64,000 nt of DNA from Bacillota bacterium (GTDB lineage: Bacteria; Bacillota; Dehalobacteriia; Dehalobacteriales; Dehalobacteriaceae): positions 26,613 to 90,612 of the forward strand of contig JBMNKZ010000014.1 of assembly GCA_050952465.1 (NCBI GenBank), read 5' to 3'. The position numbers were made by a program, and so were the translations under genes. The notes beneath the pieces were generated by a model that saw only the letters and a program-made list of their open reading frames with translations, was not told the DNA's origin and searched no databases. Below, piece by piece: positions 8,541 through 17,896 of the stretch (positions are counted from its first letter, which is position 1; every line of letters starts with the position of its first letter).

Positions 8541-9809
8541 CTATCCTTCACCCCACTCTCTACCAGCAGTAAAACCGGTGGCGATATCTACCCCACCAGT
8601 ACTTTTTTCCCCTATCCCGTCAAAGCTGGCCAATATACTCCCGGCTGCACATAGATTGGCAAAAATAGGACGTCCTTTTTCGTCCACCGGATACATGTTC
8701 TCATCTACCCGAATACCAAAACAGGCATAAGGTTGGTCTGCCCAAAAACTGCTTCTGCTCCACGTTTCAACATTTTCGCGATAGTATAAGGGCAGATTAA
8801 AAAGGGGTTCTCTTACCCACCCCGGTCCGGATACCAGGCCATCAGAAGCTAAACCTCCGGTAGCAAGAATAATTTTTTTTCCTTGAATAGAAGTTGTCTT
8901 CCCCGGGGTTGCCACCCGAACACTTTTTATCTCATCTCCTTTGATAACTGCATCAAGGACAGGAAACCCGGTGATGTACTCAATGCCTTTTTTACAAAGC
9001 AGCATAGAAAGACAGTGATGGAATCTAATACCCGGTACGCTGGGAGGGATGGTAGGAATCTCAAAAACTTTCCTGCCGGTTCCTTCTTCAATTTGTGCTA
9101 AAACCTGCCTGTGATTAGATAATCCTAAAATTGCCGGAAAGCCTATTTTTTCTTCCTTATCTAATTGGGAGAGTAGTTGTTTGATGATATCTTCCACCTG
9201 ATCAGGGTTATCAAGAACCAGAGCCAAATCATAAGCAGAAATTACCCGGGAATAAGTTTTTTCCAGCTTCAGTTTACCCCAGTCAGCTTTACCCTTGATG
9301 CCAAGCCGCCGGTATTCTTTTAATATATTTGTTGCCACAAGCTGAGGAGAAAAATTAGAGAATCCTTCAACACCGAATATCTTGATTTGTTCTCCCTGTC
9401 TGATGTCACCTTGGGCTAGGGATAGAGGTGCTAAATAAGTTGGTCTGACCATGCCTAAAGCTGTAGGGATAAGAAAATTACCCCCATTCCTATAAGTAAG
9501 AAAGGATAAACTACAATCCTCCAATTGTCGGCTAAAATATTTCATGGCCTCTCCAATCCTTGTCTCCCCCAGTATTTGGTAAGGGTGGTTTAGAGGAAGT
9601 TTATCCATCCATAGCCAAGGGTCTTTTATCGCCCTGCCCTGCCTAGATCCCAAGAGATCAATAACTCCCGGGCCATAATAATAGGAACCAAAACCTTTTG
9701 TAATAATTAGCACTGTGTTTCCATGAGTTTTGGCACTTAAAGCAGCGGTCAATCCGGCTAAGCCTCCGCCAATCACTACCACATCATATTTTCTATGGAT
9801 TTTGTTCAT
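8541..9809 (-). CDS. glpB: Anaerobic glycerol-3-phosphate dehydrogenase subunit B
   Basis: FAD-binding N-terminus YDVVVIGGGLAGL, positioned between glpA and glpC. Preferred start is ATG 9809 (MNKIHRKYD) with RBS GGAGGGG. It overlaps the glpA 3' end by 17 nt. Confidence 0.75.
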   Translation of the reverse strand: MNKIHRKYDVVVIGGGLAGLTAALSAKTHGNTVLIITKGFGSYYYGPGVIDLLGSRQGRAIKDPWLWMDKLPLNHPYQILGETRIGEAMKYFSRQLEDCSLSFLTYRNGGNFLIPTALGMVRPTYLAPLSLAQGDIRQGEQIKIFGVEGFSNFSPQLVATNILKEYRRLGIKGKADWGKLKLEKTYSRVISAYDLALVLDNPDQVEDIIKQLLSQLDKEEKIGFPAILGLSNHRQVLAQIEEGTGRKVFEIPTIPPSVPGIRFHHCLSMLLCKKGIEYITGFPVLDAVIKGDEIKSVRVATPGKTTSIQGKKIILATGGLASDGLVSGPGWVREPLFNLPLYYRENVETWSRSSFWADQPYACFGIRVDENMYPVDEKGRPIFANLCAAGSILASFDGIGEKSTGGVDIATGFTAGREWGEG

Positions 9810-11328
9810 TTCTTTCAACCCCTCCTTCCCCAGCGAGAAAATCTGCATAGATCCGACGCATTAATTCACCCTCTTTGATGGTAGAACCCCAAAAAACGGG
9901 CTGCATTCCCTTCCATCTTTCTTTATAAAAATTTAAAAGGACAGGGTCTAAATCCATTTCCTCTGAAGGAAGATAGTTTTTTAATACATTTAAAGCCCGG
10001 TAAGTACAGAAAGTTCCTTGGCAAGTGCCCATACCCAGCCTGGTTCTCCGTCTTAAATCATTAAGGTCAAAGCACCCATCATTTATTATGGCCTCCTTTA
10101 ATTGAGACTCCCTGATTTGCTCACACTCGCAGATTAATTTATCTTCAACCTTTAATTTCCTTTTGGAGTCTGCATTGAAATGTCCCGGCAATATTTCCTG
10201 ATAAGTACGACAGGGACTGTTTTTCCCCAATTTTTTGACCGCTAAATCCCCTGTTTTTTCCGCCATTAAACGATAGGTGGTAAATTTACCTCCTATAACC
10301 GATATAAAGCCGGACAAACCATCAATAGATTCATGATCTAAGATAAAGAAATCCCTGGTCACCTCTCTTCCCTGATTGCCTTCTATTTTCTCCCCTGACT
10401 GGTAAAGTGGCCTTACCCCGGCAAAAGCCCGAATTATTCTTGCTTCCCCCAGGGATGGAAACATTTTTTGTCCCAGAGCCAAAAGTTTTTTTACTTCCCA
10501 ATAATCCACGCGGTCGCAATCTGCTTCCTTTACATCAATAGAGGTAGTACCGTAGATAGAAATGGAATGGTGGGGAACCAGAATATCGCCGTCACCCGGC
10601 TCTTGACAGCGGTTAATAATAGTACCGGTTAAACGCCGGTTAAAAACCAGCAGTGCCCCTTTATTTAAGATCAGGTTTAAGTTTAAACCTACCAGTTTGG
10701 CTATTTCTCCTGCCCAAGGCCCCCCGGCATTAATCACCATTTGGCAGAAAATAAATTCTGTCTCACCCGTTGGTTTTCTGACGGTGACACCAATCACCTT
10801 TCCGGAAGAAACAGAAATTGAAACGACTTGGGTATAGGTAAAGATTTTAGCTCCATATTTTTTTGCAGAGGCGATATTTTCCAGTACCAGCTTAAAACCG
10901 TCAACTGCAGCATCAGGAACCTGAAATGCCCGGCGAATATTTCGACTTAACAAAGGTTCTTTTTTTGTTAGTTCCTGAGGATCAATTTCCTGATAACTAA
11001 TCCCTGTTTCCCTACAGGCAAACCGCCATTTCTCTACATAAGCAGAGTCGTCTCCCTGAAGCTCTAAAAATATTCCTCCGGTGTTTTCAATGCAATGGGG
11101 AGCAATCTTTTTGAGTATGGCATTTTCCATAATACATTCTCGAGCTGAATTGGGATCATTAACCGCATAACGGGCCCCGCTGTGGAGCAGTCCATGGAAA
11201 CGGGCTGATGTTCCATTGGCTAGATCCCCTTTTTCCACCAGTATCACACTTATTCCCCGCATAGCCAGATCCCGGATGATTCCAGTGCCGGTGATGCCTC
11301 CGCCTATAACGACTACCTGAGTTTCCAT
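9793..11328 (-). CDS. glpA: Anaerobic glycerol-3-phosphate dehydrogenase subunit A (FAD-dependent)
   Basis: VVVIGGGITGTGIIRDLAMRG dinucleotide fold, FHGLLHSGARY, and a C-terminal BFD-like [2Fe-2S] segment (CECEQI...CQGTFC). Confidence 0.85.
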   Translation of the reverse strand: METQVVVIGGGITGTGIIRDLAMRGISVILVEKGDLANGTSARFHGLLHSGARYAVNDPNSARECIMENAILKKIAPHCIENTGGIFLELQGDDSAYVEKWRFACRETGISYQEIDPQELTKKEPLLSRNIRRAFQVPDAAVDGFKLVLENIASAKKYGAKIFTYTQVVSISVSSGKVIGVTVRKPTGETEFIFCQMVINAGGPWAGEIAKLVGLNLNLILNKGALLVFNRRLTGTIINRCQEPGDGDILVPHHSISIYGTTSIDVKEADCDRVDYWEVKKLLALGQKMFPSLGEARIIRAFAGVRPLYQSGEKIEGNQGREVTRDFFILDHESIDGLSGFISVIGGKFTTYRLMAEKTGDLAVKKLGKNSPCRTYQEILPGHFNADSKRKLKVEDKLICECEQIRESQLKEAIINDGCFDLNDLRRRTRLGMGTCQGTFCTYRALNVLKNYLPSEEMDLDPVLLNFYKERWKGMQPVFWGSTIKEGELMRRIYADFLAGEGGVERNEQNP

Positions 11329-11356
11329 ATTGATTCCTCCTCAAATGTCCTGTGCC

Positions 11357-11377
11357 GGGCGATTCGTGAATCGCCCC
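11357..11377. repeat. REP-like palindromic element, copy 1
   Basis: gggcgattcgtgaatcgcccc, in the glpP-glpA spacer. It belongs to the same family as copies at 12638, 44708, 50845 and 57350. Confidence 0.6.
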
Positions 11378-11387
11378 TACGGCAAAT

Positions 11388-11428
11388 AAAAAAACCACAA
11401 GCAAAGGGTATCTACCCTTGCCTGTGGT
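11388..11428 (-). terminator. Intrinsic terminator in the glpA leader (candidate GlpP antitermination target)
   Basis: Minus strand reads ACCACAGGCAAGGGTA-ga-TACCCTTTGCTTGTGGT followed by TTTTTTT. It lies between the glpP stop and the glpA RBS. Confidence 0.6.
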
Positions 11429-11504
11429 TCTCCATGTCTCCACCACAAAAATTTATTCACTTAATTATCCCATATCTAACAGTTCTAAAAAACGCCATTT
11501 GACG

Positions 11505-12089
11505 CTAAGAACTCTGTTTATCCTGATTATACCACCATAAATCAGAATTGCCAATAGAAACTGCCAGAGCTCCGGCATTTAAAACTTGGTCAATATCCTC
11601 TTGATCCTCAATTAACCCACCGGCAATAATAGGTTTGCCGATTCTTGATTTAACTTGACTGATAATTTTGGGCATTAATCCCGGCATTATCTCTACCGCA
11701 TCCGGTTGATTTTCCTCCACCGCGTGAATCCCAGTTTCTACTGCAGTAGAATCCACCAGGAATAATCGTTGAATTGTCCTTAAATCATGTTTTTTTGCGG
11801 CTTTTATCAAGGTACTGCGGGTAGTAATAATCCCATCCGGCCTTATTTCCCGGGCAATGAATTTCACAGCGGCCTTATCTCCCGCAATACCCCCCATTAA
11901 ATCCAAATGGGGAAAAACCGGGATATGATGTCCCCTGGCATAATCTACATAATCAGCCAACACATTGATATCTCCCGCCAATAAGAAGATAGCAGCTATG
12001 GGGGCATTAACAGCCTTTTGTAGCTGTTTTTCATTGCGCACAGCTGCAATAATCTTTTCTTTCTTAAAGAAATCCTGTAATTCCACCAT
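11505..12089 (-). CDS. glpP: Glycerol-3-phosphate-responsive antiterminator GlpP
   Basis: 194 aa. IIAAVRNEKQL...HIPVFPHLDLMGGI...IITTRSTLIKAAKK matches the GlpP family pattern. Confidence 0.85.
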   Translation of the reverse strand: MVELQDFFKKEKIIAAVRNEKQLQKAVNAPIAAIFLLAGDINVLADYVDYARGHHIPVFPHLDLMGGIAGDKAAVKFIAREIRPDGIITTRSTLIKAAKKHDLRTIQRLFLVDSTAVETGIHAVEENQPDAVEIMPGLMPKIISQVKSRIGKPIIAGGLIEDQEDIDQVLNAGALAVSIGNSDLWWYNQDKQSS

Positions 12090-12134
12090 AAGTCACCTGT
12101 AGTTTTTGGTATTATCACCTAATTCTACAATGAC

Positions 12135-12524
12135 TTATTTTTTTCCTCCCATACTTTCGTCAATCTTTTTAATATCAATAATCATCATTTGCTCATTTGC
12201 TCTGGGTACATAGGAGAAAACAACCTTGTCATCTGCTTTAAGGCCAATCTGCTCAAAATTCTCTTTTACCCGTTCACTTAACTGATAAGCTTTTGCTTCC
12301 CCGTCAACTTTGATTTCTATGGAGTTATTGTCAATCTGTCCTACATAGGTTCCGCAATCTGTTCTTATCTTCTCAGCCTTGGCTCCAACCATCTCTACAA
12401 GCTCATTGTCCTGCGCCAACATCTCAGCTACATGGGGATAAGTTAAGCCAAAACCTATCCCGAAAAGAAAGATCACACCCCACAAAACTATTGTTTTTAC
12501 TCTTTTACTTCTCAAGGCCAGCAC
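12135..12524 (-). CDS. Hypothetical membrane-anchored protein
   Basis: 129-aa ORF with one N-terminal TM helix (TIVLWGVIFLFGIGFGL). I recognise no family. Confidence 0.45.
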   Translation of the reverse strand: MLALRSKRVKTIVLWGVIFLFGIGFGLTYPHVAEMLAQDNELVEMVGAKAEKIRTDCGTYVGQIDNNSIEIKVDGEAKAYQLSERVKENFEQIGLKADDKVVFSYVPRANEQMMIIDIKKIDESMGGKK

Positions 12525-12637
12525 CCCTTTTCATATCTTTCGCTTAAATATATTCAGGTGCTGCTTGTACCTATGATAAAATGTTTGGCTATTTTATTGT
12601 TTTTATTACTTTATTTATTAATGCTATAATTTAAATT

Positions 12638-12660
12638 GTAGGGGCGATTCATAAATCCCC
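12638..12660. repeat. REP-like palindromic element, degenerate copy
   Basis: gtaggggcgattcataaatcccc, in the spacer downstream of the glycyl-radical enzyme gene. Confidence 0.4.
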
Positions 12661-12810
12661 ATTAATAAATGGCTTTAACAAATATAAAATTGTTTAAATA
12701 AGAATAATTACATTAGCGGTGATAAAATTGGAATTACCAAAATGAAAAAGTTTACGACTATCAGGATATGATTATTCCCGGAGTTGCTATTCTTTTTCTC
12801 AAATCAGATA

Positions 12811-15201
12811 CTAAAAACTTTTATGCTCAGTCCTGGTGATAATTTCATCCTGCAGGGCCTTATCCAGATTATTGAAGTAATCGCTGTAACCGGCTACCCG
12901 AACGATTAAGTTATTATATTTAGCCGGATTCTTTTGGGCATCCCTTAAAGTTTCAGCACTGACAACATTCAACTGGATATGGTGTCCGTCCATCTTGAAA
13001 TAAGCGCGAATTAAATCCTTAGCCTTAGTAAGGCCTTCCTCATCGGCTAGTAGTTCCGGAGTAAATTTCTGATTCAACAAAGTGCCCCCGGTTCTTAAAT
13101 GATCCATTTTGGCTGCAGATTTAATTACAGCTGTAGGCCCTTTTCGATCCGTTCCCTGAACAGGGGAAATCCCTTCAGAAAGGGGCATCTCTGCCAAACG
13201 GCCGTCGGCTGAAGCACCTATTACTGAACCGAAATAGACGTGACAGGTAGTAGGTAGCATTTCAATGATATATTTTCCCCCGTATACTGTCTTTCGACCG
13301 GTAATTTCGTCATGGTAGGCATTGAAAACTTGGAGCATAATTTCGTCAGCATAATCATCGTCATTGCCGTACTTAGGTGTTTTATTAAGAAGCATCTGAT
13401 GAATCTTTTCTTCTCCTACAAAATTATTCTCCAGAGTATCCAAGAGTTTTTCCATGGTTAGATTTTGATGATCAAAAACGTGATATTTAATGGCCGAGAG
13501 TGCATCAGTAATACTGGCGATACCTACTCCTTGGATATAGCGGGTGTTGTATCGAGAACCACCCTGATTATAATCTCTGCCCTTCTTGATACAGTCTTCA
13601 GTAATCACAGACAGGAAGGGGGCAGGCATATATTCTCCGTAAAGCCTTTCAATTACCTGGTTGCCTCTGATTTTAATCTCTGCAAAATGATGGAGCTGTT
13701 TTTTAAAGGCATCCATTAATTGATCAAAGTTAGTAAATTCCCGAGGATCCCCTGTTTCTATACCAATCTTCTTACCGGTTTTCGGATCCACCCCATTATG
13801 CAGGGTAATTTCCAAAACCTTGGGTATGTTGAAATAACCCGTAAGTATATAGGCTTCTTTGCCAAAACAACCTACTTCCACGCAGCCGCTGGTACCGCCG
13901 ACGCGGGCATCCTCTAAGGTTTTCCCGTTACGCAACAGCTCTTGTACTACCGCATCCGTATTAAAGACAGAGGGGAAACCCATTCCTTCCCGAATCACCC
14001 TTAAAGCTGCCATGACAAACCGATCGGGATTTTTCCGGCTGATCTGCACATTGGTGCTGGGCTGGAGAGTTCTCATTTCATCTATAATCTCCAGGAAAAG
14101 ATAAGAAAGCTCATTCACCCCATCAGTTCCGTCCGGCTTAATACCGCCAAGATTAATATTACAGAAATCCGTATAAGTGCCGCTCTCTTTCAAGGTAATG
14201 CCCACCTTGGGAGGGGCCGGCTGGTTGTTTACTTTCACCCAGAAACATTCCAGAAGTTCTTTTGCCTGCTCCCGGTTCAGGGTACCGGCTTCAACTTCTT
14301 TTTCATAAAAAGGATAAAGGTGCTGGTCGAATTTTCCCGGGCAGAAGGAATCCCAGGTATTCATTTCCGTAATGACACTTAAGTGCACAAACCAGTACAT
14401 TTGAATGGCTTCCCAGAAGGTTCTGGGGGCATGAGCGGGAACCCAATCGCAAACTTCTGCTATTTTCTCAAGTTCTTTCTTACGGACGGGATCCTTTTCC
14501 GTACCCGCCATTTCCCGAGCCAGATCCCTATGCCGCTTACCAAAGGTAATTACCGCGTCACAGACAATAGCCATAGCCTTTAATTCTTCCCGCTTATCAT
14601 AAGCTTCCGGATCATTTAAAAAGTCCAAGGAGGCAATTTCCTGTTCAATTTCCGCCTTGAAATCAAGAAAACCTTTTTTATAATAGATATCTCCTCCCAC
14701 GGTATGGCCGGGAGCCCTCTGCTCCATAAATTCTGTAAAGATACCGGCCTCATAACAATCCTTCCACTCATCGGTCATCTGGTCAAAAAGGAGATCCCGC
14801 ATGGATCTGCCCTGCCAATAAGGAATGATCACTTCTTTTTGAATTCTCTTAGTTTCATCATCCACCCGGAAAAAAATCTTTTCCCGTTGATCGATGACAT
14901 CAAAGTCTTCACCGGAATGGCAGCAAAGTTCCGGATAAGTAGGAGCAGATTGGGGAGCCGGGCCCCTTTCCCCGACAATTAATTCTCCCTCATTAATCAC
15001 AACGGTTTTATTTTCCATAAGATGTTTAAAGGCAAGTGCTCGAAGGACGGGAATGGATACCTTTCCGGCATATTTTTTATAGGCTTCTGTAACCAAAACT
15101 GCTCTCTCAATAGAGAGGGTGGGTACTGTGGTTACACTTTGTTCTCTTAACTTTGCGATACGGTCGTTCATACCGACTTCTCTTCTTAACACAGTGCTCA
15201 T
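12811..15201 (-). CDS. Glycyl radical enzyme, PFL2/glycerol-dehydratase ('eliminase') family; HypD-like (trans-4-hydroxy-L-proline dehydratase) by resemblance
   Basis: C-terminal glycyl radical motif LIVRVAGYSDYF and Cys-loop GGTSGCVEVG (Cys + Glu, as in dehydratase/lyase GREs). The FTEFMEQRAPGHTV and WVKVNNQPAPPKVGITLKES blocks look HypD-like from memory. Preferred start is ATG 15201 (RBS GGAGG), 5 nt after the activase stop. Confidence 0.85.
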   Translation of the reverse strand: MSTVLRREVGMNDRIAKLREQSVTTVPTLSIERAVLVTEAYKKYAGKVSIPVLRALAFKHLMENKTVVINEGELIVGERGPAPQSAPTYPELCCHSGEDFDVIDQREKIFFRVDDETKRIQKEVIIPYWQGRSMRDLLFDQMTDEWKDCYEAGIFTEFMEQRAPGHTVGGDIYYKKGFLDFKAEIEQEIASLDFLNDPEAYDKREELKAMAIVCDAVITFGKRHRDLAREMAGTEKDPVRKKELEKIAEVCDWVPAHAPRTFWEAIQMYWFVHLSVITEMNTWDSFCPGKFDQHLYPFYEKEVEAGTLNREQAKELLECFWVKVNNQPAPPKVGITLKESGTYTDFCNINLGGIKPDGTDGVNELSYLFLEIIDEMRTLQPSTNVQISRKNPDRFVMAALRVIREGMGFPSVFNTDAVVQELLRNGKTLEDARVGGTSGCVEVGCFGKEAYILTGYFNIPKVLEITLHNGVDPKTGKKIGIETGDPREFTNFDQLMDAFKKQLHHFAEIKIRGNQVIERLYGEYMPAPFLSVITEDCIKKGRDYNQGGSRYNTRYIQGVGIASITDALSAIKYHVFDHQNLTMEKLLDTLENNFVGEEKIHQMLLNKTPKYGNDDDYADEIMLQVFNAYHDEITGRKTVYGGKYIIEMLPTTCHVYFGSVIGASADGRLAEMPLSEGISPVQGTDRKGPTAVIKSAAKMDHLRTGGTLLNQKFTPELLADEEGLTKAKDLIRAYFKMDGHHIQLNVVSAETLRDAQKNPAKYNNLIVRVAGYSDYFNNLDKALQDEIITRTEHKSF

Positions 15202-15205
15202 ACAA

Positions 15206-16123
15206 TTAACCTCCAATCTTAACATCTACCACATAGGGACTTAGTATCTTTTTCAGTTCTTCCATTCTTTCTTCTTTGGGAGGCTGTACCTCACCTAATA
15301 AATAAGTTTTATCCAGAAGTTCATACTTAGCTGCGGCAATTTCATGATAGGGGAGTAAAAAGACTTTTTTAATCATCAGGGAGCTAATAAACTCGCCTAG
15401 GCTTTTTATGTTTTCTTCGCTGTCATTGATTCCCGGAATAATCGGTACCCGAATCCAAATATTTTGATGAATTTTAGAAAGTTTCGCTAAGTTTTCCAGT
15501 ATAGTAGTATTGGGAACACCGGTATATTTTTTATGGGCTGCATTATCCATATGCTTCAAATCATATAAAAATAAGTCGACCTTACCGGCAACAGACTCCA
15601 AAGTCTCCCATCTAGCATAACCGCTGGTGTCCAGGGCAGTATGAATACCTTTGTTTTTGCACGCATCCAACAGTGATATTAACAGTTCGGGCTGGAATAA
15701 TGGTTCCCCGCCGGAAAAGGTAACTCCCCCGCCGGACTCATCAAAAAACATCTTATCTTTTTCAATTTCTTTCATGATGTCTTTAACCGTACTGTCCTTA
15801 CCTATCAATTCCAGAGCATTAGTAGGACATTTTTCTGCGCAAAGCCCGCATAATGTACATAAATCCTTATTAATGATGACGCCCTTTTCTCCAAAGGTGA
15901 GTGCCCTTTCAAGACACAGGTTAATACAATCACGACACCCAATACATTTCGCATTTCTATAAATTAGCTGACTCTTCTTCTCAATGCTTTCCGGATTATG
16001 ACACCACCAACAGTTAAGAGGACACCCCTTAAAAAATACTGTGGTACGAATACCCGGCCCATCATGGATAGAATAGTGCTGGATATTAAAAATTTTCCCC
16101 TTTTGCAATAGCCCCACTCCCAA
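15206..16123 (-). CDS. Glycyl-radical enzyme activating enzyme (radical SAM with extra ferredoxin-like clusters)
   Basis: DGPGIRT, the radical-SAM CPLNCWWCHNPE motif, and two additional CxxCxxCxxxC motifs (CIGCRDCINLC, CTLCGLCAEKCP). The start is ambiguous, TTG at 16123 or 16108. Confidence 0.9.
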   Translation of the reverse strand: MGVGLLQKGKIFNIQHYSIHDGPGIRTTVFFKGCPLNCWWCHNPESIEKKSQLIYRNAKCIGCRDCINLCLERALTFGEKGVIINKDLCTLCGLCAEKCPTNALELIGKDSTVKDIMKEIEKDKMFFDESGGGVTFSGGEPLFQPELLISLLDACKNKGIHTALDTSGYARWETLESVAGKVDLFLYDLKHMDNAAHKKYTGVPNTTILENLAKLSKIHQNIWIRVPIIPGINDSEENIKSLGEFISSLMIKKVFLLPYHEIAAAKYELLDKTYLLGEVQPPKEERMEELKKILSPYVVDVKIGG

Positions 16124-16192
16124 TGATAATCTCTTTTGCTATAACATTTTATTAATATTTTATTTTCCGTTTCTCCATTTATAAAAAAATAA

Positions 16193-16208
16193 AGCAATTT
16201 CCATGCCA
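16193..16208 (-). promoter_or_regulatory. Sigma-54 (-24/-12) promoter for the GRE activase/GRE operon
   Basis: Minus strand reads TGGCAT-GGAAA-TTGCT. It lies about 70-85 nt upstream of the activase start and downstream of the sigma-54 activator gene. Confidence 0.7.
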
Positions 16209-16298
16209 ACTCTTAAGAGTGGATGGAAATTTATAAAAAGGCGTTAATCCGGTATTACCGGCTATTCTATTCTCTCTTTAAAAAAATGTTTTTGTTAT

Positions 16299-16358
16299 CG
16301 TCTTAATTTTAGGACAAAAATCTTAATTATTTTTTGACTGCGTCCCAAATTTAGGACA
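16299..16358. promoter_or_regulatory. Two 18-nt imperfect palindromes (candidate enhancer-binding sites)
   Basis: cgtcttaattttaggaca (16299-16316) and cgtcccaaatttaggaca (16341-16358). They are 42 nt apart centre to centre and lie about 100-150 nt upstream of the -24/-12 element. Confidence 0.45.
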
Positions 16359-16397
16359 CAACCTGACATAACCCCTGGTTTGTTAATGCTAATTTTA

Positions 16398-17828
16398 TCA
16401 GTCATTGATCAAGTTAAACTCAATTTTTATGCCATATTTTTGAACCTTATAATGAAGCGTCTGTTTAGGTACCTTAAGTATACGCGCCGCTTCAGCAATA
16501 TTACCTTGTGATTTATTTAAAGCAGTGATAATTAGTTTTTTTTCAAAAGTGTCTACCGCTTCCTTTAATGAGTTATTAAAAGAAGTTGATAAACCAAATT
16601 CTTTCTCCTCCAGGCCCGTTGCTTTTACATTACGGATCATGGGCGGCAAATCCTCAATATCTATCATCGATCCTTCGGTAAAATTCATGATACTCTCAAT
16701 TGAAAACTTTAGCTGTCTTACATTTCCCGGCCAGTGATAGTCCATAAAAAGAGATAAGGCTGGTTCTGAAATACCGGTAATATTCTTTTTCAGTTCCAGG
16801 TTATTTTTCTTAATAAAATAATCCACCAGAAGAGGAATGTCTTCTTTCCTTTCACGAAGGGGAGGTATATACAGACTAATAACATTCAGCCGGTAATATA
16901 AGTCCTCCCGCAATGTTTTATTTTGCAAAGATTTCTGCGGATCTTCATTAGTGGCGGCAATAACCCGCACATCTACCTTGGTCGTCTCGGAACTGCCAAC
17001 TCTTCTTACTACTCCGTCCTGTAAAACTCGAAGCAGCTTTGCCTGAAGCCCCAGATCCATCAAAGTAATTTCATCTAAAAATAAGGTGCCCCCGTTGGCC
17101 AGCTCAAAAAGTCCCGGTTTATCCTTAGCCCCGGTAAAACTACCTAAAGAAGTGCCAAAGACTATCCCCTCCAGCAGTGCTTCCGGAATTGCCGCGCAGT
17201 TTTGGGCAATAAAGGGTCTCTTTCGCCTGGTCATGCTGGCATTATGAATGCTTTGCACCACCATCTCTTTCCCCGTGCCTGTCTCTCCTAAAACCAGGAC
17301 AGGTGAGGTAGAGTCGGAAATTTTATAAATTTGCTCTTTCAGACGCTGCATCGGGGGGCTAATGCCAATAATATCGTCAATGGTATACGAAGTCCCGTTT
17401 CCCTTGAGATCCTTCTGTAGCCGGTGCATAGAAAAAAGTTCATTTTGCAGGGAGATGATTTTATCAGATAGCTTTTTCACCAGGTCTACACTCCGGTAAA
17501 TCTCCAGGGCACCGATTAATTGACCCTGTTCAATAAGGGGAATGGTAGAGGTAACGGTGGTCACCCTTTTGTTCTTGTAATTGGTATAAGTCTGTACATG
17601 CTCAATCAGAGGTTTCCGGGTTTTTAAAACATGATAAAAGGTACTGGTCTCAGGGGTCAAGTCAGGAAATATCTCTAGAATATTTTTACCGATGGCCCCT
17701 TCCAGGTCGATTCCAGCAATATTAGTGGCCGGCTCATTAAAAAAGGTAATATTGGCATGGCAATCTACTACCAGCACCCCTTCATCCAGATACTTTAACA
17801 TGGACTCAAGCAAAAACTTATAATCCAT
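16398..17828 (-). CDS. Sigma-54-dependent transcriptional activator (PAS-AAA+-HTH), paralog of 3472..4911
   Basis: GETGTGKE Walker A, GSFTGA (a GAFTGA variant), and a C-terminal HTH (NIAEAARILKVPKQTLHYKVQKY). Preferred start is ATG 17828 (MDYKFLLE) with RBS GGGGGAG. Confidence 0.9.
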   Translation of the reverse strand: MDYKFLLESMLKYLDEGVLVVDCHANITFFNEPATNIAGIDLEGAIGKNILEIFPDLTPETSTFYHVLKTRKPLIEHVQTYTNYKNKRVTTVTSTIPLIEQGQLIGALEIYRSVDLVKKLSDKIISLQNELFSMHRLQKDLKGNGTSYTIDDIIGISPPMQRLKEQIYKISDSTSPVLVLGETGTGKEMVVQSIHNASMTRRKRPFIAQNCAAIPEALLEGIVFGTSLGSFTGAKDKPGLFELANGGTLFLDEITLMDLGLQAKLLRVLQDGVVRRVGSSETTKVDVRVIAATNEDPQKSLQNKTLREDLYYRLNVISLYIPPLRERKEDIPLLVDYFIKKNNLELKKNITGISEPALSLFMDYHWPGNVRQLKFSIESIMNFTEGSMIDIEDLPPMIRNVKATGLEEKEFGLSTSFNNSLKEAVDTFEKKLIITALNKSQGNIAEAARILKVPKQTLHYKVQKYGIKIEFNLIND

Positions 17829-17896
17829 TATTAAATCTCCCCCCGAAAGACTGATCACTCAAATTTATCCCTCTCTCAACTAACTCCCTCGTGCCC

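Noticed and set aside
11159-11446. 95-aa minus-strand ORF spanning the glpA start and leader
   Set aside because: It overlaps glpA out of frame and runs through the REP palindrome and the leader terminator. It is an artefact of repeat sequence.
13465-14982. Several plus-strand ORFs inside the glycyl radical enzyme gene
   Set aside because: They are antisense to a strongly supported 796-aa GRE and have no independent signals.
15964-16209. 81-aa minus-strand ORF overlapping the activase 5' end and the sigma-54 promoter
   Set aside because: It is out of frame with the radical-SAM gene, covers the promoter, and resembles no known family.
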